Source: Dietzia sp. ANT_WB102 (lineage in GTDB: Bacteria; Actinomycetota; Actinomycetes; Mycobacteriales; Mycobacteriaceae). From it: DNA of 24,000 bases. This document shows, one piece after another, positions 9,554 through 16,956 of the stretch. Where the stretch lies: contig NZ_VOBA01000001.1 of NCBI RefSeq assembly GCF_008369165.1, positions 1,147,630-1,171,629 of the forward strand, given 5' to 3'. The notes beneath the pieces were generated by a model. It was not told the DNA's origin. It made no database searches and saw nothing but the letters and a program-made list of their open reading frames with translations. Both the position numbers and the translations under genes were made by a program. Position 1 is the first letter of the stretch. Every line of letters begins with the position of its first letter.

Positions 9554-10279
9554 ATGGCACGCACGTGGCACCCTTCCGCCAGAATTGCGGCGCTCGGAAT
9601 AGCCGCGGCGTTCGTCGCTGTTGCAGCGCCGACCGTCAATGCCCAGATTCCGGGCAACAACCCGCGCACCACCGTGTACCCGGTCGACAGCACTAAGGTC
9701 CAGCTCGATGTCGAGCCGGTCGATCTCGAAGCGGGCACCGTTCGGATTGTCGTCCAAAACAACACCGCGTCGAACCTCAATTGCACCGGCATCGGCGGCG
9801 GCCCGGCGGCCACGGTCACCACCGCCGAGGTCGTCGCCCGGTCGATCGACTACTTCACTCAGTACCCGCTGTCCGAACTCGCGGATCTCACCCTCAACCT
9901 CCCGACCCAGGCGGGCGGTGCGCAGCAGATCAGCCTCGGCTCCGCGCAGGTCCAGGCCGGCAGTGCTGCCGAATTCCTCAACCCGGAGTGGGACGCTCTC
10001 AACCAGAACGACGCAGCCCTTGAGCAGGCGCGTCTCGCCGGCCACTACGGCGTGGTGGGGACGACCATCTCCATCCAGGCTAACCAGGCGTTTGAACAGA
10101 CCGTGCGGCTTGATCACCCGTCCTCGGGGGAGCGGGCTGACTTCCAGACCGGCGTGTTCATGACCTGCACTGTTGATGGCCAGCGCTACGCGTTCCATGC
10201 CTACGAGGGTGGGGCAAAGCCGAACTACGGAACGAATGACTCCACGGGCAGCCTCGGCAGCGCGGGCCTGGGCAGCTGA
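9554..10279 (+). CDS. Small secreted two-cysteine protein, paralog 1 of 3 (241 aa), unknown family
   Basis: The SD AAGGAG lies 7 nt before the ATG. The signal peptide ends VNA|QIPGNNP. Conserved Cys occur in NLNCTG and FMTCTV. The C-terminus is GSLGSAGLGS. The protein is homologous by eye to the next two genes. Confidence 0.85.
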   Translation: MARTWHPSARIAALGIAAAFVAVAAPTVNAQIPGNNPRTTVYPVDSTKVQLDVEPVDLEAGTVRIVVQNNTASNLNCTGIGGGPAATVTTAEVVARSIDYFTQYPLSELADLTLNLPTQAGGAQQISLGSAQVQAGSAAEFLNPEWDALNQNDAALEQARLAGHYGVVGTTISIQANQAFEQTVRLDHPSSGERADFQTGVFMTCTVDGQRYAFHAYEGGAKPNYGTNDSTGSLGSAGLGS

Positions 10280-10368
10280 CGCCCACGGCGGCAGTTGAAC
10301 TGCACGCAGATCAATTCGACAGAAACCCGGTCCCGACACGTGGATCGGCACGACAGGAGCACTGAAGC

Positions 10369-11112
10369 ATGATCTCAACCACCTCTACAGCAGTACGTGG
10401 GGCAGTTGCCGCGGCTGCCGCCCTCGGGCTTGTGGCCGGCGCGGCCCCGGCGCTAGCTCAGGTGCCCGGCGGCAACCCGGGCGGCTACGTCGTCAAGGTC
10501 GACGACCCATCACTCATCGTCACGGTCGCAGAGAAGGGTGAGGCACCCACGCAGATCACCGGGACTATCGAGAACACGACCGATGCGAACTTCCGTTGCG
10601 AGGTCCCCCAATTCAATATCGGTGGCGTGAATACGACGCTGGGGTACGGCCAGGTGAGCACCGCGGCAGTGGCGGCGGAAGTCGAAGAGTACTACCGGTC
10701 GCGGGTGTTCACCGGTCCCGCTGACACCAACGGTGGCGGCGACCTCATCTCATTCGGGTCGGCTCTGGATGCCTTCCCCGCCGGGAGCGCAGTCGGCTCG
10801 GCGGAGACGGCCACGCGCCAGGCGCACAACGAGGCTCGGGTCGCCGGTCGCACAGGTGACCCACGGGTGGGCGGCGCACTTCAGTTCACCGTGAACGCCA
10901 ACACGACTGTGGACTACACCGCCACCCTGGGTGTCCCGTCCACCGCTACTGGTGAGCGTGGCGAGTGGCGTGCGGCTGCCATCTTCATGTGCCGAAACAC
11001 GGAGACCAACGACTGGTACCTCTTCACCGGTCTGGAGGATATCGAGGACCCGAATCCGGTCCCCGTGCCCGAAAACTCGGGCAGCCTCAGCGCGGGCTCC
11101 CTCGGCTCGTAA
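10369..11112 (+). CDS. Small secreted two-cysteine protein, paralog 2 of 3 (247 aa), unknown family
   Basis: An SD (AGGAG) is present. The signal peptide ends ALA|QVPGGNP. Cys occur in NFRCEV and IFMCRN. The C-terminus is GSLSAGSLGS. Blocks shared with paralog 1 are IS(L/F)GSA, EAR(L/V)AG, GER and FM.C...Y.F. Confidence 0.85.
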   Translation: MISTTSTAVRGAVAAAAALGLVAGAAPALAQVPGGNPGGYVVKVDDPSLIVTVAEKGEAPTQITGTIENTTDANFRCEVPQFNIGGVNTTLGYGQVSTAAVAAEVEEYYRSRVFTGPADTNGGGDLISFGSALDAFPAGSAVGSAETATRQAHNEARVAGRTGDPRVGGALQFTVNANTTVDYTATLGVPSTATGERGEWRAAAIFMCRNTETNDWYLFTGLEDIEDPNPVPVPENSGSLSAGSLGS

Positions 11113-11143
11113 CCCCCTCAAGACCGATACTTCAAGGAGTCTC

Positions 11144-12028
11144 ATGTCCACCTCCAGTGCCCTCAAGGGCTTCACAGCGGCGACCGCGAGTGCCCTCCTC
11201 GTCATGGGCGGGGCCGGGATCGCGAACGCCCAGAACGTCGTCACCGTCGTCCCCGGTGACAACGGGGACGGTCGCACTGTCGTCGTCAATAACCCGGGAA
11301 TGGACGTTGACGTCGTCAGCGTCGACCGGGTCGCCGGGACCGCCGATGTGACGATGACCAACAATCTCGGCTTCACCGTCTATTGCGAGGCGCCGAACGC
11401 GGATACCGCGTCGGGCGCCCGGCCTGGTGGAACAATCTCGACAGCCCCTGTCGCTGAGATGTCCGCCGAGTACTACGCGCGCTTCCAGAACGTCAAGGCT
11501 GAAGAGCTCAGCATCCAAAATGGGTCGGTCACCATGAACTTCTGGCCGCTCGGTCAATTGCTCCCGCAGGGCAGTCTCGGTGACCTCGCGAGTGAGTCTG
11601 TCCAACTCCGTTCACAGATCACTAAAGCGAACACGAAGGCCAAGATCGACGGGTTGTACGGCACAACCGGAGCCTTCCAGTTGACGAACGGCGCTACTGT
11701 GTCGCGGACGATCACGCTCGGCCAGCCGGCCACAAACCCTCGAGGTGAGGACAAGGTCGGCTACTTCACGATGTGCGCGCAGGGTACGAACTCTGCGGCT
11801 GCGCAGGGCACGGGCCAGCTGTACGCGTGGTCGGCCTTCGAGGAGGGCTGGCCGCCGGCCAATGTCGGCGGCGGGGACACCGGGTCACTCGGGTCCGGGT
11901 CGCTCGGCAGCAGCGGTCCGGCCGACGATAACGGGGCGGGCGGCGACGATGGCAGCGATGGCGATACCGGCGGTGACGACACCGGCGACGGCGACGGTGA
12001 CAACGGCGGCGAGGTCGGCGAGGGCTGA
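11144..12028 (+). CDS. Small secreted two-cysteine protein, paralog 3 of 3 (294 aa) with extra Asp/Gly-rich C-terminal extension
   Basis: The track ORF starts at 10931. I place the start at ATG 11144 (MSTSSALKG), with the SD AAGGAG at 11134-11139. The signal peptide ends ANA|QN. Cys occur in TVYCEA and FTMCAQ. The GSLGSGSLGSS motif is followed by a 37-aa D/G-rich tail. Confidence 0.85.
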   Translation: MSTSSALKGFTAATASALLVMGGAGIANAQNVVTVVPGDNGDGRTVVVNNPGMDVDVVSVDRVAGTADVTMTNNLGFTVYCEAPNADTASGARPGGTISTAPVAEMSAEYYARFQNVKAEELSIQNGSVTMNFWPLGQLLPQGSLGDLASESVQLRSQITKANTKAKIDGLYGTTGAFQLTNGATVSRTITLGQPATNPRGEDKVGYFTMCAQGTNSAAAQGTGQLYAWSAFEEGWPPANVGGGDTGSLGSGSLGSSGPADDNGAGGDDGSDGDTGGDDTGDGDGDNGGEVGEG

Positions 12029-12064
12029 CGCCCACCCCACTGGTAGCAACAACTGAGCAGTAGA

Positions 12065-12099
12065 GGACGGGTCGGCCGCATACGGCGGCCGACCCGTCC
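12065..12099 (+). terminator. Hairpin terminator after the paralog cluster
   Basis: A perfect 15-bp stem, GGACGGGTCGGCCGC / GCGGCCGACCCGTCC, encloses a 5-nt loop. It starts 37 nt after the stop at 12028. Confidence 0.7.
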
Positions 12100-12224
12100 A
12101 CGTCTGTCTGGGGGCCGTCTAGAGTCGACACCGACGATGACGCCGCGTCGACCGTATCCGTGCAGTTCGTCACCCCACGTCTCAGCGCCGCGCTCACCAC
12201 GACCGCACCGACCAGAGGAGTCCG

Positions 12225-12782
12225 ATGCCCGCCGCCCCCGATGTCGATCCCGATGCGCGCCGCAGGCTCGCCGAGTTGGTTGCGGAGCTCGCCGTCGTCC
12301 ATGGCCGCGTCACCCTCTCGTCCGGCCGCGAGGCGGACTACTACGTGGACCTTCGTCGCGCGACCCTCCACCACGAGGCGTCCCCGCTGATCGGTCGGCT
12401 GCTGCGTGAGCTCACCGTGGACTGGGACTTCGACGCCGTCGGCGGGCTGACGTTGGGCGCGGATCCGGTGGCCACGGCGATCATGCACGCCCCCGGTCGG
12501 CCGATCGACGCGTTCGTGGTCCGCAAGGAGGCCAAGAAGCACGGCATGCAGCGCCGGATCGAGGGCCCCGACATCGTGGGCCGCCGCGTCCTGGTCGTCG
12601 AGGACACCACCACCACCGGCAATTCGCCGCTCACCGCCGTGGCGGCCCTGCGCGACGCGGGAGCCGAGGTCGTAGGCGTGGCCACCGTGGTGGACCGCGC
12701 GACCGGCGCCGACGACGTGATCCGGGCCGAGGGCGTGGAATACCGCGCGTTGCTCGGCCTGACCGACCTGGGACTGAAGTGA
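12225..12782 (+). CDS. pyrE: Orotate phosphoribosyltransferase
   Basis: The SD GAGGAG precedes the ATG. The PRPP-binding motif is VLVVEDTTTTGNS. The segment FVVRKEAKKHG and the overall length (185 aa) are typical of actinobacterial PyrE. Confidence 0.95.
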   Translation: MPAAPDVDPDARRRLAELVAELAVVHGRVTLSSGREADYYVDLRRATLHHEASPLIGRLLRELTVDWDFDAVGGLTLGADPVATAIMHAPGRPIDAFVVRKEAKKHGMQRRIEGPDIVGRRVLVVEDTTTTGNSPLTAVAALRDAGAEVVGVATVVDRATGADDVIRAEGVEYRALLGLTDLGLK

Positions 12783-13546
12783 GCGATATGAGCACGACGA
12801 CGAAGACCTTCGCCACCACCCTCGGGCGGTCACTCCGGGCACGAGTCGAGGCACTGATGGACACCGCCCGCCCGGAGGGGCCCGCGTTCCTCGCTGCCGT
12901 CGGTGGGACGGAGATCGCCAAGGCCACCGGCGTCGGCGCGCTGGAGAAGCTGTGTAAGCCGCTCATCGTGCCGGCGGCGCTGACTCTCGCGCTGCGGGAC
13001 GGGCGGCTCTCGGCCGCGGATACGGCGCTGCTCTCAGCGACCGCGGCGGCGTACACGACGGGCGATGTGATCCTCATGCTCGGCGGCGGACACGCGAGCC
13101 GGTCGAAGTCCCGACTGGTCGCCGGCGCCGCGGCGTTCGGGGTGGGCCATCTCGCGCTCGGCGGCCTCATGCTGCGGTCGGGGCTGAGGTTCAAGCCGGT
13201 GCAGTCGGTCGTGCACGGGGTGATCGCGGCAGGTGCGGGCGCCGCACTGCTGTCCGAGGGCAGGGAGAACGCGCCGCTGGCGGCCTACGGTGGACTGCTG
13301 GCCACGCTGTCTGCGCTCGCCACCTCTGTCGACCGCTCGCACGGCCCGGCGGCGTCGGTGCTGGCGGTTGCCGGCCCGGTGTTCCTGCTCAGCGACGCGC
13401 TCATCCTGGCCCGGCGCAAGGCCACGGGCGGATCAGCCGTCGCCAAGGTGGTGGACGTCGGAGTGATCGACACCTACGCCACCGCAGCCCTACTTCTGCT
13501 CACCGGCACCGCCGCCGCCGCGCGGACCGCGGGGAGCAGGCCGTGA
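12779..13546 (+). CDS. YhhN-family (lysoplasmalogenase-like) integral membrane protein
   Basis: The protein is multi-pass and hydrophobic, with YhhN-type motifs CKPLIVP, TTGDVILM, FGVGHL and FLLSDALIL. The start is GTG 12779, overlapping the pyrE stop as GTGA, or alternatively ATG 12788. Confidence 0.75.
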   Translation: MSDMSTTTKTFATTLGRSLRARVEALMDTARPEGPAFLAAVGGTEIAKATGVGALEKLCKPLIVPAALTLALRDGRLSAADTALLSATAAAYTTGDVILMLGGGHASRSKSRLVAGAAAFGVGHLALGGLMLRSGLRFKPVQSVVHGVIAAGAGAALLSEGRENAPLAAYGGLLATLSALATSVDRSHGPAASVLAVAGPVFLLSDALILARRKATGGSAVAKVVDVGVIDTYATAALLLLTGTAAAARTAGSRP

Positions 13547-14358
13547 CCGCCGCCGGCCCGGACGCACCCACTGTCCTGATCACCGGCGCGGGTCGCGGGA
13601 TCGGGGAGGCCACTGCTCGGCGGTTCGCCGACGCCGGGTACCTGGTGGGCGCGTACGACCTCGAGCCCTGTGCCTGGGCGGCGGGTGACGACCGAGTGGT
13701 CACCGGCTCGCTCGACGTCACCGAGCCGGCCGCGTGGGAATCCGCACTCACCGATTTCACGGTCCGTACCGGCGGCATCCTCGACGTGCTCGTCAACAAT
13801 GCCGGCCTGCTCTACGGCACACCCTTCATGGACGCCAGCTACGCGAAGGACTCGGCGTTGGTGGACGTCAACGTCAAGGGCGTGCTGTATGGCTGCCGGG
13901 CCGCGTTCCCGTTCTTGGAGAAGGCGTCCGCGCCGACCGTGGTGAACCTCTGCTCGTCGTCTGCGATCTATGGCCAGGCCGAGATGGCGACGTACTCGGC
14001 CACAAAGTTCGCCGTCCGCGGGATCACCGAGGCGCTGGACCTGGAGTGGGGACCGCTCGGCATTCGCGTGTGCTCAGTGTGGCCGCTGTACGTGAGCACC
14101 GAGATGCTCGAGAGCGTGAACACTGCCGGGATGCGCAACATGGGTGTGAACCTCACCGAGGGCGAGGTGGCCGACGAGGTGCTCGACCTGGCTGAGCAGA
14201 CGCGGCGCACGTCTGGCGGCGTCCTCGGCCGCATCCGCGCAATGCTGGGCCGGGAAGTGCATCGCCCGGTCGGAAAGCAGGCCACCGCCATGTACCTCTC
14301 CTCGCAGGTCGCGCCGAGCCGGCTGGTGCGCTTGTCCAATAAGCGCCTGACCTCGTGA
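13543..14358 (+). CDS. Short-chain dehydrogenase/reductase (SDR) family oxidoreductase
   Basis: The cofactor motif TGAGRGIG, NNAG, and the catalytic S...YSATK are all present. The GTG start overlaps the upstream stop as GTGA, and GGGGAG lies upstream. Confidence 0.9.
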   Translation: MTAAGPDAPTVLITGAGRGIGEATARRFADAGYLVGAYDLEPCAWAAGDDRVVTGSLDVTEPAAWESALTDFTVRTGGILDVLVNNAGLLYGTPFMDASYAKDSALVDVNVKGVLYGCRAAFPFLEKASAPTVVNLCSSSAIYGQAEMATYSATKFAVRGITEALDLEWGPLGIRVCSVWPLYVSTEMLESVNTAGMRNMGVNLTEGEVADEVLDLAEQTRRTSGGVLGRIRAMLGREVHRPVGKQATAMYLSSQVAPSRLVRLSNKRLTS

Positions 14359-15053
14359 GCGCAGAGCGCGGGAACCTTGCCGGGGGCCCAGCCGCCGCAG
14401 CCGATTCGGCGGCCGGCCCAACCGAGTGGGGCGACGGGCAGGTCGGCGTCGGCCCGTGGGAACTCGAGCATCCCGGTGCGCCGCGCCCCACCGGCGACCA
14501 GTGGGACCCCGAACTCCTCGACTCTGGCGATCGCCGCAACGTGGTGGACCGCTACCGCTACTGGCGTCGCGAGGCGATCGTCGCAGACCTTGACACCCGC
14601 CGCCACCCGTTCCATGTGGCTATCGAGAACTTCGGACACGATGCCAACATCGGCACAGTGGTGCGAACCGCCAATGCCTTCCTGGCAGCCGAGGTGCACA
14701 TCGTGGGCCGGCGCCGCTGGAACCGACGCGGAGCCATGGTCACCGATCGCTACCAGCACCTGCGCCACCACAGCGACGTCGGCGAGCTCATGGAGTGGGC
14801 CCGCGCGGAGGGGCTGCCGGTCGTCGCCGTCGACAACCTTCCCGGCGCCGAACCCCTCGAGACCGCGAGCCTGCCCCGCGACTGCGTGCTGCTCTTCGGA
14901 CAGGAGGGCCCCGGGGTGAGCGACGACGCGCGTCTGCGAGCCGCGAAGACGGTGTCGATCGCCCAGTTCGGCTCGACCCGGTCGATCAACGCGGGGGTGG
15001 CGGCGGGTATCGCCATGCACGCCTGGATCCGCGAACACGCCGCCCCGGCCTGA
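14355..15053 (+). CDS. SpoU/TrmH-family RNA 2'-O-methyltransferase
   Basis: The SPOUT motifs are NIGTVVRTANAF, LLFGQEGPGVS and SIAQFGSTRSINAGVAAGIAMH. The GTG start overlaps the SDR stop as GTGA. The true start could be further downstream, because the N-terminal ~60 aa are low complexity. Confidence 0.88.
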   Translation: MSAERGNLAGGPAAAADSAAGPTEWGDGQVGVGPWELEHPGAPRPTGDQWDPELLDSGDRRNVVDRYRYWRREAIVADLDTRRHPFHVAIENFGHDANIGTVVRTANAFLAAEVHIVGRRRWNRRGAMVTDRYQHLRHHSDVGELMEWARAEGLPVVAVDNLPGAEPLETASLPRDCVLLFGQEGPGVSDDARLRAAKTVSIAQFGSTRSINAGVAAGIAMHAWIREHAAPA

Positions 15054-15061
15054 CCCGGTGA

Positions 15062-15757
15062 CTAGACGGCCGGGGCGGCAGGCCCCTTCCGGATACGCGC
15101 CAGGATTTTGGGTCCGGCCGTGATCAACATCGGCAGCACCGAGACCAACACGATCCCGATGAGGATCAGGTCGATGTGGTCCTTGATGAACGTGAACTGG
15201 CCGAGCCACGCACCCAGTGCCGTCACACCCGCGGCCCACAGCACGGCGCCCACCACGTTGAACGAGACAAAGACCCGGTAGCGCATCCCGGCCATGCCTG
15301 CGACCAGCGGTGCGTACGTCCGCACGATGGGCACGAACCGGCACAGGATGATCGTCGCCGGGCCCCATTTGTCGAAGAACTCGTGCGCCTCGTGGATGTA
15401 GGCCTGCTTGAAGATCCGACCGTCAGGCCGCTCCCGTAGATGATGACCCCACCGGTTGCCGATGAAGTACCCCACCTGGTCACCGAGGAACGCCGCGATC
15501 GGTGCGGTCACCATCACCACCCACAGCGGCGCGAACGGGTGGTCCTGCTGCGTGAGCAGGCCCGCCGTGAACAGGAGCGAGTCGCCGGGCAGGAACGGGA
15601 AGAGTAGCCCGGACTCGATGAAGACCACCGAGAGCAGGGCCGGGAGGATGGCCTTGCCGAACGGTCCGTCGCCGGACAACCAGAATTCCGGATCCATGAA
15701 GCCCGGGCCGAGCGAGAGGACATGCTGGGCCTGTTCGGCCAACAGGTGCGTGTTCAC
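15062..15757 (-). CDS. DedA/VTT-family inner membrane protein
   Basis: The DedA signature is FIESGLLFPFLPGDSLLFTAGLL...GDQVGYFIGNRWG...CRFVPIVRTYAPLVAG. The start is GTG 15757, with no SD and therefore possibly leaderless, or ATG 15697 (MDPEFW). Confidence 0.9.
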   Translation of the reverse strand: MNTHLLAEQAQHVLSLGPGFMDPEFWLSGDGPFGKAILPALLSVVFIESGLLFPFLPGDSLLFTAGLLTQQDHPFAPLWVVMVTAPIAAFLGDQVGYFIGNRWGHHLRERPDGRIFKQAYIHEAHEFFDKWGPATIILCRFVPIVRTYAPLVAGMAGMRYRVFVSFNVVGAVLWAAGVTALGAWLGQFTFIKDHIDLILIGIVLVSVLPMLITAGPKILARIRKGPAAPAV

Positions 15758-15832
15758 CGGAGAAGCATAAACCTGTGGGCCCAGATCCGGCAGCGCGCAG
15801 ACCCCCGTTACTCACGACGCTACGGTGGGGTC

Positions 15833-16828
15833 GTGGCCCCCAACGACCTTCCGGATGATCTGCGACTCAGTGTCCTGGACAGGTCGCGGACCCGCCACGG
15901 GGAGTCCCACGCCGCCGCGCTTGAGGGCACGCTGGCGCGCGCGGAACGGGCAGACGCGTTGGGTTTCCACCGCTACTGGACGGCAGAACACCACGCCGTC
16001 CCCGGCATCGCGAGCGGGAGTCCGCCCCTTTTGATCGCCGCCGCCGCCGCCCGAACCGAACGGATCCGCCTCGGATCCGGCGGGGTGATGCTCCCCAATC
16101 ACAGGCCGCTCATCGTCGCCGAGCAGTTCGCCATGCTCGAGGCCATGTTCCCGGGCAGGATCGACCTCGGGGTAGGGCGCTCGCTCGGGTTCACCGCGCC
16201 GGTCCGTGAGGCGCTCGGCGTCACGGACTACGAGACCGACGCATTCTTCCGCGACATCGCCGCCGTGCAGGACTTCCTTTACGGACGCGGTCCCGTCACA
16301 GCGCTGCCCGTCGTCGAGAATCCGCCCCCGGTGTTCGTGCTCGCCACCGGCCGCGGCCTGGAGGTCGCGGCGCGTGCCGGCCTACCCGTCGTCGTCGGGG
16401 GACCGCGCCTTCTCGCCGACCCGTCGCCGCTGAACCACTACCGCGAGACGTTCCGGCCGAGTGGTGCGATACCGGAGCCCTACGTGGTGGTGAGCCTGGA
16501 GGTGATGGTCGCCGACTCCACCGAGGCCGCGAGGAACCTGCTGCTGCCTGAGGCGTGGGCGATGGTCGAGTCCAGGGAGACCGGCGCGTTCGGGCCGCTG
16601 CGGTCCCCGGAGGACGTCCTGGACAGAAAGTTCCGGCCGCAGCAGCTGCGACGGATGGAGGAGTGGATGGCCGGGGCCGTCCACGGGGACCGCGAGAAGG
16701 TGGCGGGGGAGCTCGCGGCACTCGTGGAACGCACGAAGGCCGACGAGCTCATGGCGTCCACCTCGACCTATGACCGCGATGAGCTCGCCCGGGCCGATAC
16801 GGCACTCGCTGAACTGCTCCGCTGGTAG
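15833..16828 (+). CDS. LLM-class (luciferase-like) flavin-dependent oxidoreductase
   Basis: The sequence LRLSVLDRS...GFHRYWTAEHH...IRLGSGGVMLPNHRPLIVAEQFAMLEAMFPGRIDLGVGRS is typical of the family. The track ORF begins at 15722, which would overlap the divergent DedA gene. I chose the in-frame GTG at 15833, just upstream of the conserved LSVLD N-terminus, but the start remains uncertain. Confidence 0.85.
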   Translation: MAPNDLPDDLRLSVLDRSRTRHGESHAAALEGTLARAERADALGFHRYWTAEHHAVPGIASGSPPLLIAAAAARTERIRLGSGGVMLPNHRPLIVAEQFAMLEAMFPGRIDLGVGRSLGFTAPVREALGVTDYETDAFFRDIAAVQDFLYGRGPVTALPVVENPPPVFVLATGRGLEVAARAGLPVVVGGPRLLADPSPLNHYRETFRPSGAIPEPYVVVSLEVMVADSTEAARNLLLPEAWAMVESRETGAFGPLRSPEDVLDRKFRPQQLRRMEEWMAGAVHGDREKVAGELAALVERTKADELMASTSTYDRDELARADTALAELLRW

Positions 16829-16956
16829 CGAGTAGCGCTGGCTCGCGGGTGCGCTTGGTCACGCTGGCCTAGGCTGGAGGGTGTGCGCCCACTGCCACAG
16901 CGGTGCGGCGCCTCGACGACGCACGTCGCACAACCGAGAACCCTGGAGGAGACCAC

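Noticed and set aside
9527-10378. 283-aa minus-strand ORF opposite paralog 1
   Set aside because: The plus-strand gene has an SD, a signal peptide and two paralogs downstream. The minus-strand translation has none of these.
11766-12854. 362-aa minus-strand ORF spanning the end of paralog 3, a terminator and pyrE
   Set aside because: It runs through a strong terminator hairpin and lies antisense to pyrE, making it a shadow ORF.
15054-15061. Expected terminator between convergent TrmH and DedA genes
   Set aside because: Only 8 nt separate the two stops and no convincing stem-loop is visible. Termination signals, if any, lie inside the coding regions.
13968-15368. 466-aa minus-strand ORF opposite the SDR and TrmH genes
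   Set aside because: Both plus-strand genes carry clear family motifs. The minus-strand frame also fuses into the DedA locus in a different frame.
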